64,000 nucleotides of DNA from Podarcis pityusensis (Eukaryota). This document shows positions 49,201 to 57,700 of this stretch, piece by piece. How positions within the stretch are numbered: position 1 is the stretch's first letter; the number at the start of each line of letters is the position of its first letter. Where the stretch lies: the NCBI GenBank assembly GCA_964106645.2, contig OZ067052.1, one strand, 5' to 3'. The notes under the pieces were generated by a model. That model saw only the letters and a program-made list of their open reading frames with translations. It was not told the origin of the DNA and ran no database searches. The position numbers were made by a program, and so were the translations under genes.

Positions 49201-50283
49201 GGTGAGAAATTCCATCTGATCTTCTCCAGCTGGGCTATGGTGGAAAAGCCTGCAAACCTTGTCTTAGCTGACTTGGAAGGCCGCGCCAAAATCTTGCGAG
49301 TCTTTTTGAAATGGGTCTCTCTCTTTGTCTTTTTATGCAGGGTGGCTGAGAAGGAGCCCGTCAACAAAATGTCCCTGCACAATCTGGCCACTGTGTTTGG
49401 CCCAACGTTGCTGAGACCTTCTGAGGTGGAGAGCAAAGGGCAGCACCTCACGTTGGCCTCAGATATCTGGTCCCACGACGTAATGGCGCAGGTACAGTGG
49501 GTGGGGAAGGGGGGGGGCAGCAAGCAGAGGATTTGACTGCGTTTGGATGGGCAAGCTCCCTCTGCTGGGCAAACTTTCAAACTTCACCCTGGAAGCGCAG
49601 CTGCTCGCGCACGCTCTGTGTGTGGGGGGGGGAGAGGGGGAGAGAGCGCGAGCGCGCGCTTGCTCAGGTAGACCTTAATTTCATTTTTAAAACCTCCGAA
49701 CTTGTATTACCTTCTTGTGCATTAATCTTTTTTAAAGCGTAGTGGATAACATTTTAAAAACTGATTTAGAATTTGGAGAGGAATTGTAGCTTAATGGTAA
49801 AGCACACACTTTGTGTGAACTGAGCACAGAAATGCTGCTTCCAGACCTGCTTCATTGCTCAATAAATGTCCCATCTGTCTTTGCCCAAATTCCTGCTGGG
49901 CCCCCTTAATTGGAGGGGCAGTTTGAGGGGCTGGTTAAATAACTGAAAGAGAGTGAGTGCATATGTAGCAGCTCCAGGGCATGTTGCAGCTCTTCCTAAA
50001 GCTGGCCCTTCTGGGTTCGTAGCTCTGTTCCTGCTGTGCTTTTTATTCCATCAACTTTGCAGTGTGGCAAATAAGAAAATCCGCAGGGATTCCATCAGAA
50101 GACATCTCTACCTATCAAGAACTGTTCTCTGTTGGGGACACTTTGCAGTGTGTGTGAGACTATCCTGATTTTAACCCACTTTTCCTTTTGCAGGTGCAAG
50201 TGCTACTCTACTATTTACAGCACACGCCCATCTCCTTTGCTGAGCTCAAACGCAACGCACTCTACTTCTCCACAGACGTGTAG
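1515..50283 (+). CDS. ABR: ABR gene, 3' part (18 spliced coding exons, 647 aa in window; 5' exons lie upstream of the window)
   Basis: Manually spliced exons sum to 1944 nt, in frame, ending ...LYFSTDV-TAG. Peptides match recalled vertebrate ABR (DH end, PH, C2, RhoGAP GIYRISG). TIMM22 is the neighbour, as in mammals. Confidence 0.97.
1976..2021 (+). CDS. ABR: ABR alternative first coding exon [15 protein letters not shown]
   Basis: GCCATGG Kozak context; G|gtgggg donor; phase 1 matches exon 6223 (gives ...CTY-ALLYKP); CpG-rich upstream region. Confidence 0.8.
3402..3419 (+). promoter_or_regulatory. CTCF motif
   Basis: caCCGCTAGAGGGCAGCA matches the CTCF core consensus. Confidence 0.6.
5036..5283. 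other. Assembly gap (248 N)
   Basis: Run of n, between a palindromic MITE and an L2 3' end. Confidence 1.
5284..5890 (-). mobile_element. Two L2-type LINE 3' fragments
   Basis: ccctaaacagggctgccttcagatgtc and gccacagaaaaggccc segments shared with the L2 at 8592-9535. Confidence 0.75.
6223..6275 (+). CDS. ABR: ABR exon (DH) [18 protein letters not shown]
   Basis: Polypyrimidine tract plus tag|, |gtaagt; 53 nt. Confidence 0.95.
7056..7290. mobile_element. hAT-Charlie-type MITE
   Basis: Ends caggggtcagcaaact / agtttacctacccatg; exact 8-bp TSD ttttaaac (7048-7055, 7291-7298). Confidence 0.9.
7537..7677 (+). CDS. ABR: ABR exon (DH end) [47 protein letters not shown]
   Basis: tag|...|gtaagc; 141 nt; classic DH LLKHTP..HPD motif. 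Confidence 0.97.
8144..8591 (+). mobile_element. 5'-truncated L1/Tx1-like LINE (ORF2 C-terminus plus 3' UTR) inserted in an (AAT)n tract
   Basis: [32 protein letters not shown]-rich UTR, AATAAA at 8579; related copy at 38430-38880. Confidence 0.7.
8592..9535 (-). mobile_element. L2-clade LINE, 5'-truncated just after the RT YADD motif
   Basis: ORF 8740..9597: QLY...[10 protein letters not shown]...[13 protein letters not shown]...[14 protein letters not shown]...[13 protein letters not shown]; (TAA)n/(TAAA)n tail. Confidence 0.92.
9850..10747. mobile_element. Non-autonomous hAT-Charlie element, OposCharlie1(OC1)-like, 898 bp
   Basis: TIR caggggtcctcaaact / agtttgaggagccctg (15/16); exact 8-bp TSD atctaagt (9842-9849, 10748-10755). 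Confidence 0.9.
11084..11205 (+). CDS. ABR: ABR exon (PH) [13 protein letters not shown]...[10 protein letters not shown]
   Basis: cag|...|gtgagg; 122 nt. Confidence 0.97.
11365..11980 (-). mobile_element. Cluster of squamate tRNA-derived SINE copies
   Basis: Repeated ...gactggcagcagctctccagg...tacctggagatgc...gaacctgggaccttctgcatgca...ccactgagc; further copies near 13470-13750, 19670-19850, 20560-20690, 21050-21180, 26240-26320, 35090-35220, 46080-46300, 47155-47285, 52440-52530. Confidence 0.75.
12055..12220 (+). CDS. ABR: ABR exon (PH) [13 protein letters not shown]...KSEVQKE
   Basis: cag|...|gtatgc; 166 nt. Confidence 0.96.
13209..13331 (+). CDS. ABR: ABR exon (PH) [16 protein letters not shown]...IHNRNGK
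   Basis: cag|...|gtacgg; 123 nt. Confidence 0.96.
13772..14348 (+). mobile_element. Rex1/Babar-clade LINE 3' fragment
   Basis: QRLYFL...[23 protein letters not shown]...[25 protein letters not shown]; gacaataaag plus (TATCG)n tail. Confidence 0.85.
14584..14659 (+). CDS. ABR: ABR exon (PH end) [25 protein letters not shown], with GC donor
   Basis: cag| acceptor; 76 nt; donor AAG|gcaaga is the only nearby donor that keeps frame. Confidence 0.93.
15768..15786 (-). promoter_or_regulatory. CTCF motif
   Basis: Reverse complement reads TGGTCACCAGGGGGCAGCA. Confidence 0.6.
15906..16010 (+). CDS. ABR: ABR exon [35 protein letters not shown]
   Basis: tag|...|gtgagt; 105 nt. Confidence 0.96.
16315..16765 (+). 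mobile_element. L2-type LINE 3' end (second subfamily)
   Basis: agggcctttttggccgtggccccggcctggtggaacgctct; terminal ccctgagccc...gggcggggtacaaataa. Confidence 0.7.
18425..18499 (+). CDS. ABR: ABR exon (C2) [25 protein letters not shown]
   Basis: cag|...|gtgagt; 75 nt. Confidence 0.96.
19128..19260 (+). mobile_element. tRNA-Lys SINE copy
   Basis: gtagagcatgagac..aatctcagggttgtggg...ggactagatgaccctc. Confidence 0.8.
19518..19615 (+). CDS. ABR: ABR exon (C2) [33 protein letters not shown]
   Basis: cag|...|gtgagc; 98 nt. Confidence 0.96.
20431..20552. mobile_element. Short TIR element (Harbinger-like ends)
   Basis: ggttgccatacgtc...gacgcatggcaagcc imperfect inverted ends. Confidence 0.45.
20715..21048 (+). 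mobile_element. L2 3' fragment
   Basis: Inverse match to 8620-8945. Confidence 0.8.
21273..21404 (+). CDS. ABR: ABR exon (C2) [19 protein letters not shown]...MGKGQVQ
   Basis: cag|...|gtaggg; 132 nt. Confidence 0.97.
21858..22080 (+). mobile_element. L2 3' fragment
   Basis: [17 protein letters not shown]...[11 protein letters not shown]. Confidence 0.85.
22108..22455 (+). mobile_element. Sauria SINE (POM-like)
   Basis: gggtggcgctgtgggttaaacc...gttcgaatcccc...gtgcaagtagataaataggtacc...gtccctttacctttac (BovB-like tail), followed by (CTA)n. Confidence 0.9.
24717..24747. repeat. (CA)n microsatellite
   Basis: Direct reading; other SSRs: (AAT)n 8104-8142, (TC)n 37223-37248, (TA)n 52176-52195. 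Confidence 0.95.
24773..24801. promoter_or_regulatory. Tandem RFX X-box-like motifs
   Basis: GTTGCTCTAGCAAC-a-GTTGCTAAGACAAC versus consensus GTTGCCATGGCAAC. Confidence 0.5.
26090..26210 (-). mobile_element. tRNA-Lys SINE copy
   Basis: agaatcatagagctgtagagttggaagggacc...gtccaaccccctgcaatgcaggaa. Confidence 0.75.
27065..27440 (+). mobile_element. CR1-type LINE 3' fragment
   Basis: [13 protein letters not shown]...GFKRGLDKF; tail gggccattggcctgatccagcagg; similar pieces at 24235-24495, 37250-37620, 61690-62050. Confidence 0.8.
28313..28442. mobile_element. Palindromic hAT-type MITE
   Basis: Arms 28321-28370 and 28391-28440 are 48/50 complementary; 20-nt spacer; begins cagtgtttcccaaact. Confidence 0.85.
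29915..30153 (+). mobile_element. Tc1/mariner (Tigger-like) MITE with internal (CAG)10
   Basis: TA|cagtggtacc...ggtaccactg|TA. Confidence 0.9.
31530..31703 (+). CDS. ABR: ABR alternative first coding exon of short GAP-only isoform (MTEVLVQ...[18 protein letters not shown])
   Basis: AAGATGA start, 58 codons, AAG|gtgcac donor, phase 0 matching exon 43828. Resembles the recalled N-terminus of the mammalian short ABR isoform (PNTGARLWGRVRNKLLRNK). Confidence 0.85.
34205..34437 (-). mobile_element. Tigger-like MITE, same family, 9-bp deletion in one TIR
   Basis: TA|cagtggttaag...gaggtaccactg|TA. Confidence 0.9.
37334..37441 (-). repeat. Inverted copy of 39779-39887
   Basis: 108 bp; 2 substitutions and 1 indel versus the reverse complement of 39779-39887. 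Confidence 0.95.
38288..38377. mobile_element. 90-bp MITE
   Basis: Perfect 13-bp TIR catagctgtcaac / gttgacagctatg, extending imperfectly inward. Confidence 0.75.
38430..38880 (-). mobile_element. L1-like 3' UTR fragment, same family as 8144-8591
   Basis: Shares ttgaactggaatac..aaa.gggaggt.tgaggaggtc and gatgttggattgaa in reverse. Confidence 0.75.
40968..41320 (-). mobile_element. CR1 3' fragment with a nested 45-bp L1-type insertion
   Basis: catagaatcat tail; ttccactgtcaaacacctcttactgtcagaaagttcttcctggtgttt; insertion 41078-41122 with 14-bp TSD. Confidence 0.8.
41428..41567 (-). mobile_element. tRNA-Lys SINE copy
   Basis: Reverse: tagctcagagtcggtagagcatgagactcttaatctcagggt... Confidence 0.85.
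42425..42567 (+). mobile_element. tRNA-Lys(CTT)-headed SINE with CR1-like tail
   Basis: tagctcagtcggtagagcatgagactcttaatctcagggttgtgggttcgag head followed by agattcctgcattgcagggg-ttggactagatgacc tail. Confidence 0.88.
43828..43887 (+). CDS. ABR: ABR exon [20 protein letters not shown]
   Basis: cag|...|gtaaga; 60 nt. Confidence 0.96.
44059..44168 (+). CDS. ABR: ABR exon [37 protein letters not shown]
   Basis: cag|...|gtacgt; 110 nt. Confidence 0.96.
44479..44618 (+). CDS. ABR: ABR exon (RhoGAP, arginine finger GIYRISG)
   Basis: cag|...|gtaagt; 140 nt; [46 protein letters not shown]. Confidence 0.97.
44796..45032 (+). mobile_element. Tigger-like MITE, intact
   Basis: Perfect 18-bp TIR cagtggtacctcaggtta; TA TSD on both sides. 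Confidence 0.92.
45075..45270 (+). mobile_element. MIR/CORE-like SINE
   Basis: ggttcaaatccccactcggcc...gtgaccttgggccagtcactgcctctcagcct..cctacctcatagggctgt; other copies near 15470-15650, 28470-28610, 39935-40130, 59750-59970. Confidence 0.7.
46347..46481 (+). CDS. ABR: ABR exon (RhoGAP) [34 protein letters not shown]...MEGI
   Basis: tag|...|gtaagg; 135 nt; [12 protein letters not shown] motif. Confidence 0.97.
47549..47654 (+). CDS. ABR: ABR exon (RhoGAP) [36 protein letters not shown]
   Basis: cag|...|gtaagt; 106 nt. Confidence 0.97.
49341..49491 (+). CDS. ABR: ABR exon (RhoGAP) [26 protein letters not shown]...HDVMAQ
   Basis: cag|...|gtacag; 151 nt; [13 protein letters not shown] motif. 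Confidence 0.97.
50194..50283 (+). CDS. ABR: ABR last coding exon [29 protein letters not shown]
   Basis: cag| acceptor; TAG at 50281-50283; class I PDZ ligand T-D-V. Confidence 0.97.
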   Translation: MQVLLYYLQHTPISFAELKRNALYFSTDV

Positions 50284-52298
50284 CCCCGGGGCCCTGCAGC
50301 CACCTGCATTTTTCTAAGCCGAGGGGCGCAGCACAGACTCATGAATCCGAGCACGGATCCTGCTGAGAATAACGTCGCTGCCCTGGAACCAGACGCTGCC
50401 CCATACCTCATGGGACGATTTTGTATCAGCCCCACACCCTTCTTTCCCCCCTGCCCACCTCCCAGCACAGTAGTCCACGTCTCTCATACTTCTTGTGTCC
50501 AGGAGTCATTTTTTACGTTCCATTTGTTGAGCAGTGGGAAGGAAGTGAGCGACGGATGAAGACACAGCCTCTCGTTTCTTCCCAAAAATGGTTGCCGCCT
50601 TCTGGGTCCAATAGAGCTTCGCTGCAGCCGAGTCCTCTCCTCCAGCCGGCCTCGCCACCCGCAACAATGCTTGATCTTTTTTGCTCCCTGCCTTTGTGGC
50701 CTGCATGTACGCTGCTTGCTTGGATTTTCCTGCTTTTGGAGGCTTAAGGAGGACACCAAGGGCTCTTCCCCCCGTCCTGGCCAACCTACATTCTCTTCGC
50801 TTTTGTCTCGCCTGACAGATCTGGTTGCTGAACTCTGCATTCTTTTACCCCAGCTGGCAGGGCTGAAGACAGCAGCATTTTTGTTTTTAAGAAGCCCTGC
50901 CTATTCTAGCTCCCCCCACTTTTTTAATGCTGGGGGAGCCTCTCGTCCTGTGACTCCTGTGCCTCGGTAGGCTTTGTAACTGTGCATAATGTGGGGGGGG
51001 GGGTAAAGCAGCCATCTTCCTGTTTTATTCTGTAAAAAGGTTTTAAAAATGAACCTTGATGGCAGGAAAGTGAAGAGAAAGTGGCTGTTTGCTAGTCATA
51101 GATGTGTGTGTGACAGAGAGTGATACCTACCTCCCCATCCCCGCCGCCCTGCTGTGTTGCCCACAATCACTTTATTTATGGTTAGATTCTCTTGGGACTA
51201 ATTCAAACTTAATCCTTAGAAAGGAAATCAGATCTTAATGCGGGAGAGTGTGTCCTGCTCCCCACCCCTGAAAGGATTATTTGGCTGGCCGAGAGGAAGG
51301 CAGGAGGCTGGTTGCCTTATGGCCACACCTCTTGCAGGTGGCTCTCGCTAGCCAAGCCTGACCAGGGAGCCAGCGGGTATTTCCTGCTCCCGCCTCCTCC
51401 ACATGGCTTCAATCCAGCCCAGCCATCCACTGGGGCTGTTGGGCACCTTTCCCCCAGGAGGGTGTCTGGAAAAGGGGCCGTTTCTCCATGCTTCACGTAG
51501 CATGGCTTACAGGGTTCAGCTAAGGAAGACTCAGGTTGGATGTCAAAGGTATCATTTCAGCCCTTAAGAGCCTTCACCACCTGCACCCCCCATTTCCCTC
51601 TTTCTGCGACAGACCGGGTGAAGCAGCCGAGGAGAGTGCAGCCCTCCGAAGGAGTGGGGGCTCTGTGTTCCCGATTGCCACCCCACTCACACACCCAGGT
51701 GCCAAGCAGCAATCCAGCAATAAGTTGTATTGGCAAGCTAGACAGCCCTTTGTTTCATGGAGAAGTCCCCCACCCTCACAAGAGAAATTACTTCCAGGCC
51801 TGCCCCTCCACGTTAAGTGACTTCGGCCACACTTTCTGCCCAGGACAATGGAATGTTCTGTGGCCCACTGTTCAGGGACCAGAAATATTTTGTTGGCCAG
51901 AGTTGTTATTTTTCGGGCCCTCCTGCACAGATCTTTGTGGGTCTGCATCTACCTGTATGTATGTGTCTGTGGAAGCTGAAGTCATTCCTAAGCCAGAGCG
52001 CCTCCGCGCACTTCTGAGTGTCAGAATCTGATACCAGCATAGCCAGCCCCCCCCCCCCCCGAAAACTGCACTTGCTCTTTTTTCTGACGGTGAGGAAGGG
52101 GAGACTGGGACTCCTGGAGCTACAGGTTAGATTAGAAACTGTATAATTGATATTTGACTTGTTTAAGGATATATTATATATATATATATATATATTTTTG
52201 GTTGTGTTCCGTTGCAGGTTTTTTTCTCCCCTCTCTGTAGATGACAAACTTTAAATGGATGTAAACCATGTGAGGAGATTAAAAAAAAAAAAAAAGTT

Positions 52299-52304
52299 AA
52301 TAAA
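52299..52304 (+). terminator. ABR: Probable ABR polyadenylation signal (3' UTR about 50284-52325)
   Basis: AATAAA (ATTAAA also at 52278) after a ~2 kb repeat-poor UTR; GT-rich element ggtgtttggtcttt about 35 nt downstream; SINEs resume afterwards. Confidence 0.75.
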
Positions 52305-53625
52305 ATGCAAAGCCCAAACATTTGCACAAATTACTTCCGGGGTGTTTGGTCTTTCGTATCTCAATCGGTGTTTAAAAAGATTTGGTGTAACTAGCTTGGA
52401 CACATGACAGGAGTAATAGTTCAATTGGTGGAGCACCTGGGAGACCCTGCCTGAATCCCTGGAGAGCCACTGCTGCCAGTCAGTGTGAGATGTGGGTGCC
52501 CAGTGGTCTGACTCAGTAGAAGTCAACATCCTAGGCATCTAATACAGAAGCAGCCAATGTGCTGCCCTCCAGATGCTGCTTAACTAAAACTCCCCTCACC
52601 CTTGACCACTAGCTAGGCCGGACACTGGTGCTGATGGGAACTGGGAGTTCAATAATACCCAGAGGTACCACTTTGGCTCCTCTTGTTCTAACAGCCACTC
52701 GATCTATACCACCTTCCGCTCCCTTGCTCATAACTGTAGTCTAGCTGCATTTCCCCTCCTGTACAGGGATTATGCAAGGGAGAGGGAGGACCATGTCTTG
52801 CACATCTAGCTATGAGCACACCTGTACCACATGACAGAATTCATGCAAGCAATTGATCCCATGCCGTTATTAGGGGCTATTGCAGCTCAATAAGCAATTC
52901 TGCCAATAGGAAGGGGGCTGGCAAAGGGAAATAAAGGCGGGGGAGAGTGGGAAAGCTTAATTATTCGGCCTGTGAAACAGCAATATTTCTCCTAGGCAAC
53001 TAGGGCTGTTGCCATGGGAATGCCAAGATGGGTGCCTAGTGTGCTTCCATCCTCCTGTTCGGTGTCACTTCACAAACCAGCTCTGAACACATGAGTGCCC
53101 CCCCCCCCCCGTTTGTGATCTTTTAATTACAATTTCCCAGCAAGTCCCAGTGGTGGTGCTGATTAGTGAGAGGGTGCAGAAAGCCCCAGGTTCAGTACGC
53201 AGCATCACAATTTGCTGTGGGGGGTGGAGAGCACGCAATATGATGCTGGCCTTTGTCTGATGCAAAACCAACCCAGAATGCAGATTTAGAACCTGCTGTA
53301 GAAAAAATAATTTAGTGGAGGGAGGCAGTGAGTCTTGAAGGCAACTTCCTTTCAGTCTAGCATGAAAAGAAGCCCCTCGCCTTGAACCAGTGATGCTGAG
53401 CTTCTCTCACCTCCAAAGACACAGCTGGGCACATTCAACACCAGCCTATGCACTGACAAGCTATAACTGCCTAGTTTAAGTAGATCATCAAGAAGTCCCA
53501 CCTACCTGCTGCGCTGCCTCACTGAAGTCCTCTGGAGACCCCCAACAGTGCTGTACCGGAGTGGGGAATGAGCGGTCTCCCTGATGTAGCACTGCAGTTC
53601 ATAAACCATCCAAGTTCTTTGGTGT

Positions 53626-53631
53626 TTTATT
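53626..53631 (-). terminator. TIMM22: Candidate TIMM22 polyadenylation signal
   Basis: AATAAA on the minus strand about 1 kb after the stop codon. Confidence 0.55.
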
Positions 53632-54637
53632 TCAGTTTCTCTTTTAAGACGATTCAGCCAGTTGGAAGCTTGAGCTCTCCTGACAAGCACCTGTAACATC
53701 TGCAGGGGACAAAACCCCACTTTTTCTTGGTCACTGGCAGAGTCATCCTCTCTTTTCTCCTAAAGGTCTCTTCCCAGAATGTACTGTAGTACGGAGAGGG
53801 GCCCTAGGTTACCAAGCTTAGTGTGGGAAGCAGGAGAGCTGCTTCCAGCTTTACACTGTCTGTACCCAAGAGAATGTACTTTACTTCTTACTATCGTATA
53901 ACAGGAATCTACAGATAGCCTCACTACTGGGTCCTTCTAACCCAGTACACTGTTTCCGGCAGTAATCAGCCAAACGTCTCTGCAATGTGCAGAGGCAGGG
54001 AATGAAGGCAACAACCCTCCCCTGCTGTTTGGTGTTCAAAGGTATACTGCCTCTGCAAAAGGAGGTTCTATGTAGGAAACACGACTAATAACCGTAGAGC
54101 GATCTTGCCTCAATGAATTTGTAGGTGTCAAGCTCCATTTCAGAAACCTAAGCTAAATTTGATATCCATTGACAAACAACTAGCCACAGCATTTTTTACA
54201 TGATAGGAAATATTGTTCTTGTTTCATTAGCATCAAACACTTGACAAGGCCTGGAATAAGTTAAATCTTTCAATTTTCTCCTGTATCCGACATAGTTATG
54301 AAGCTACGAGCTTGTGTTTGTAGCAAGTGCTGACATGCTGTAACAGCTTTTATGCTTGCCACAGCAAATGCATACACTTAGCAGAAGGAGTTGATAGAAT
54401 ACAGTCAGTCCTTGGAATTAACACCTAGTCGTACCTCTCCAACGATGTTTGAACAACACTTTGCTTAGATGACTCGCTGACTCTGCCCACGGGCTGGATG
54501 CATATCCTGTTATCTAGGACACAGCTCTCAGAAACCTTTCCCCTTTCCTTAATCGGTTGTCAGGAACAGGAAAGTGAGTTGGGCCAGCTGTCCTGCACAG
54601 TTCACACCAGAAGGTTCCCATTCATTGGCATCAGCTG

Positions 54638-54714
54638 CTACCGTAAGTAGTAGTCAATCACTGCAGAGAATGCAGCAAAGCCTCCACAGCCAAGGACCCC
54701 GGCTTTCAGGCCAG
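54638..54714 (-). CDS. TIMM22: TIMM22 exon 4 AGLKAGVLGCGGFAAFSAVIDYYLR*
   Basis: ttgcag| acceptor; TAG stop. Confidence 0.96.
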
Positions 54715-57700
54715 CTGCAAGGCAAAAGGAGAAGGCCGTCAGCACAACAGCACATAATCAAGTTTCTTTCCTGTAGCTAAGCCTATATTGTTGGCTGGAA
54801 AGCAAAAAAGATCACTTCCACTAGCAGGTTTGATCCCAACCCCTTGTAAAATACTCCTTTTCTTTCAGCCCTACAGAGGATGACCTGAACCAGGTCCTGG
54901 CCCTAGAAACTGGAGCACTCAGTAAGATCAGAAGCAACAACTCTTGGCTGCAAACACAGAGATGGGATTCAGGTAGCACCAGCTGTCTTTCCCTCTCAAA
55001 GAAGTTTAAACCAATCGGACCCAACATAACAAGCTTAGCTAGAAGCTGTTCAGAAAACCATTTAATGCTCTTAGGGAAGATTAACACTCTTAATTTTTAA
55101 CTTGCCCGGCTCCAGCTAGCTCAGTATGGTTTACACCGAATGGCAGCAGCTCTGTAGGTTTGTAGTCCTTTTCCCAGCTCTACTTGGAGATTCCAGTGGG
55201 GACTGAAACTACAGGCCATCCTAAGGATTGAACCCTTAGTCAAGGCAGAGGTTCTCCTTCCATGATCCAAACAGTCAGTGGGGAAAACACCACCTGACTG
55301 AGCCACAGCATCTACAGTGGCCACAAGTCAGCTTATGAGGACAAATCCCTGTATAAACAGAAAAAAGCATCTGTCTGTCAGCGGAAGGTCATCAGAGAAA
55401 GGATGAGACAATTCACCTTCAGCAAGCAGTTCCAGCACCTTGGAGCAGGTGCTAAGACTAACAGCACAATTCTAGGCATGTCTACTACAGTAAGTCCTAC
55501 TAAATTCAGTGAGGCTTATTCCAAGTTAAACAGGGCCAGGATTGTAGCCAGGCGTGGGGAACTTGTGGTCCCCCAGATGCTGCTGAGCTCCAACTCCCAT
55601 CAGCCACAGCTGCCACAGCCTAGGATAGGAGAGGTGGGAGTTGCAGTCCAACATCCTGCTCTGTGCTATGGCTCATATTACTTCCTGGCCATAACATTTA
55701 GGAGCAGTAGAGCTTGCAGCATTCTGTCTTTATCAGGATCCAAATGAGCCCAGCAACTGCTCAACGGCAACACGACTCACCCCGGAAGCCAATGGCCCCT
55801 CCAGTAATGCACCCACTCATCACGCTGTTCTTCCAGTCAGTCTTGCCTCGATACTAGGAAAATGAGAAACACAACATCAAGACCAGCCACATGAATCTCT
55901 GCATACAGCATCAATTCTAAACCACGTAGGCCCCAGATGTCTGAAAGACCTCCTCCTCCTACGGACCCTCCTGAGTGTTACTATTGGCAGAGGGTGCCCT
56001 CTTGGTCTACTGCCCTTGAAAGTTCAAAGGGTGGGGTGGCCTGGGAGAGGGCAATTTCTGTGGCAGCCCCTAAGCTGTGGAATTCCCACAAAGGTGAGCC
56101 AGGCACCTTTTGTATTTATTTCATACAATTTATATACAGCTTGATTGTAAAAAAACAAAAACAAAACACCAACCCTCAAAGCAATCGTCATAAGCTTTCA
56201 TCATATACTGAAAATCCACATCTTTCAGGACCCACCCTATTCTTGCGACTAATTTATCTGAAACTGTTTTTAATATTTTATCTTGTATAAATAGTTGTAT
56301 CTGGCCCAGAGCACCTAAGAAACACTGCAATAATCAATTAATCAATCAATCACAATAGCAGTAGCAGTGGTGCTTTTGTACTGTTGGGTGGGGAATAAAT
56401 CTAGTGGCTTGAGATGAGAACATGAGAGTTCCCCTGCTGGGTCAGGTCAAAGTGGCCAACTAGATGAGATGCCCCAGTGGGAAGACCACAGAGATATTCA
56501 GGAGTTGTCACTTTTAGTCATGCATACAGTCCTACTGAAGACTGTGGCTTTAAAGCTGGCATGAATGACAACTTATAGTGTAAGACGTTATATTTAAATA
56601 AGAAAATCATTACAAGAAACCAGCAGATCAAAGCTGGAGAGTTACTCACAGACTCCACCAGGCATTCAGTGCAGGAAAACATGGCACCGACAATGGCAAA
56701 ATTCTTGGCGTAGGACATCCCTCTTTGCCCCATGTCTTTCAGGACCTCTTTGGCTGTTGGCGTGCGGTACGGATCCTTGGGGTCAAACCCCACATTGGTA
56801 TCGATGCCGGCCGTGAACACACCAAAGGCACCTCCCAGCACGAATCCTGCCAAGTAAACAGAAAAGTTGGCAAGGCAGTTAGCAGGGTGACAGGCTCCAA
56901 AGTCCATTTCAGTGTTGTTTCTCAGAAGCGTCCTCATCTCCTCAATTTCAGGCCACTCTGCTCGGACACATGAAATGAGGGGAGGCTTGTGGCCCATCTA
57001 ATTCAGTATCCTTTTCTCACAGGGGCCAACCAGATGCCTCGATGGGAAGCCCACATGCCAGCGACATAGCTAGCTGCTCGAGCACCCGGGGTGGCACAAA
57101 TGCCCTGCACCCGGGGGCGGGGCAAGCTGGGGCAGAGCATGATGTGCGAAACCTCCACGGAGTCTGCAAGCCCCAAGTTGCTGTTTTGGGCAGTGCGGAG
57201 CCTGCAGGTACCCAAGCCACCGCGTCACTCCCCAGGAGAGATGTGTGGCTTGGGCGCGCTGCAGGCCAGGCTCTGTGGTCACCCCCCTCAGTGATGACAC
57301 CCAGGGCGGCCTGCACCCCACTTCCTACGCCACCGCTACAAGCAGGACCTGCGTGCAACAGCACTCCGCTCCCCAGTTCTGTTTCCCAGCAAACTGGCAA
57401 TCAGGGCCATATTGACTCCGACAATGGAAGAAAAACATAGCCATCAAGGCTAGTAGCCACTGATCACCTTTACCCTCCATGAATCTGTCTAAACCTCTTT
57501 TAAAGCCATTCACTTTGGTGTCCATACCTGCTATGTACTGCGTGAATAAGCCATTTCTTTTGTCTGTCCTGAATCCTTCAACGCTCAGCTTCATTGCATG
57601 GCCCTGAGTTCTAAAGTTATGAGACAAACGTTTCTCTCTCCACTTTCTCCATGCCATGAATTATGTTATCTATCTTCTTTCATGTCTCCATTGACTCTCC

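Noticed and set aside
1515-50283. BCR rather than ABR
   Set aside because: STDV C-terminus, ABR-type peptides (e.g. [18 protein letters not shown]), the ABR-like alternative first exons and TIMM22 adjacency all favour ABR
54602-54640. Stop-codon read-through of TIMM22 (TAG-C followed by a short open extension)
   Set aside because: Lacks the strong TGA-CTAG context and there is no conservation evidence
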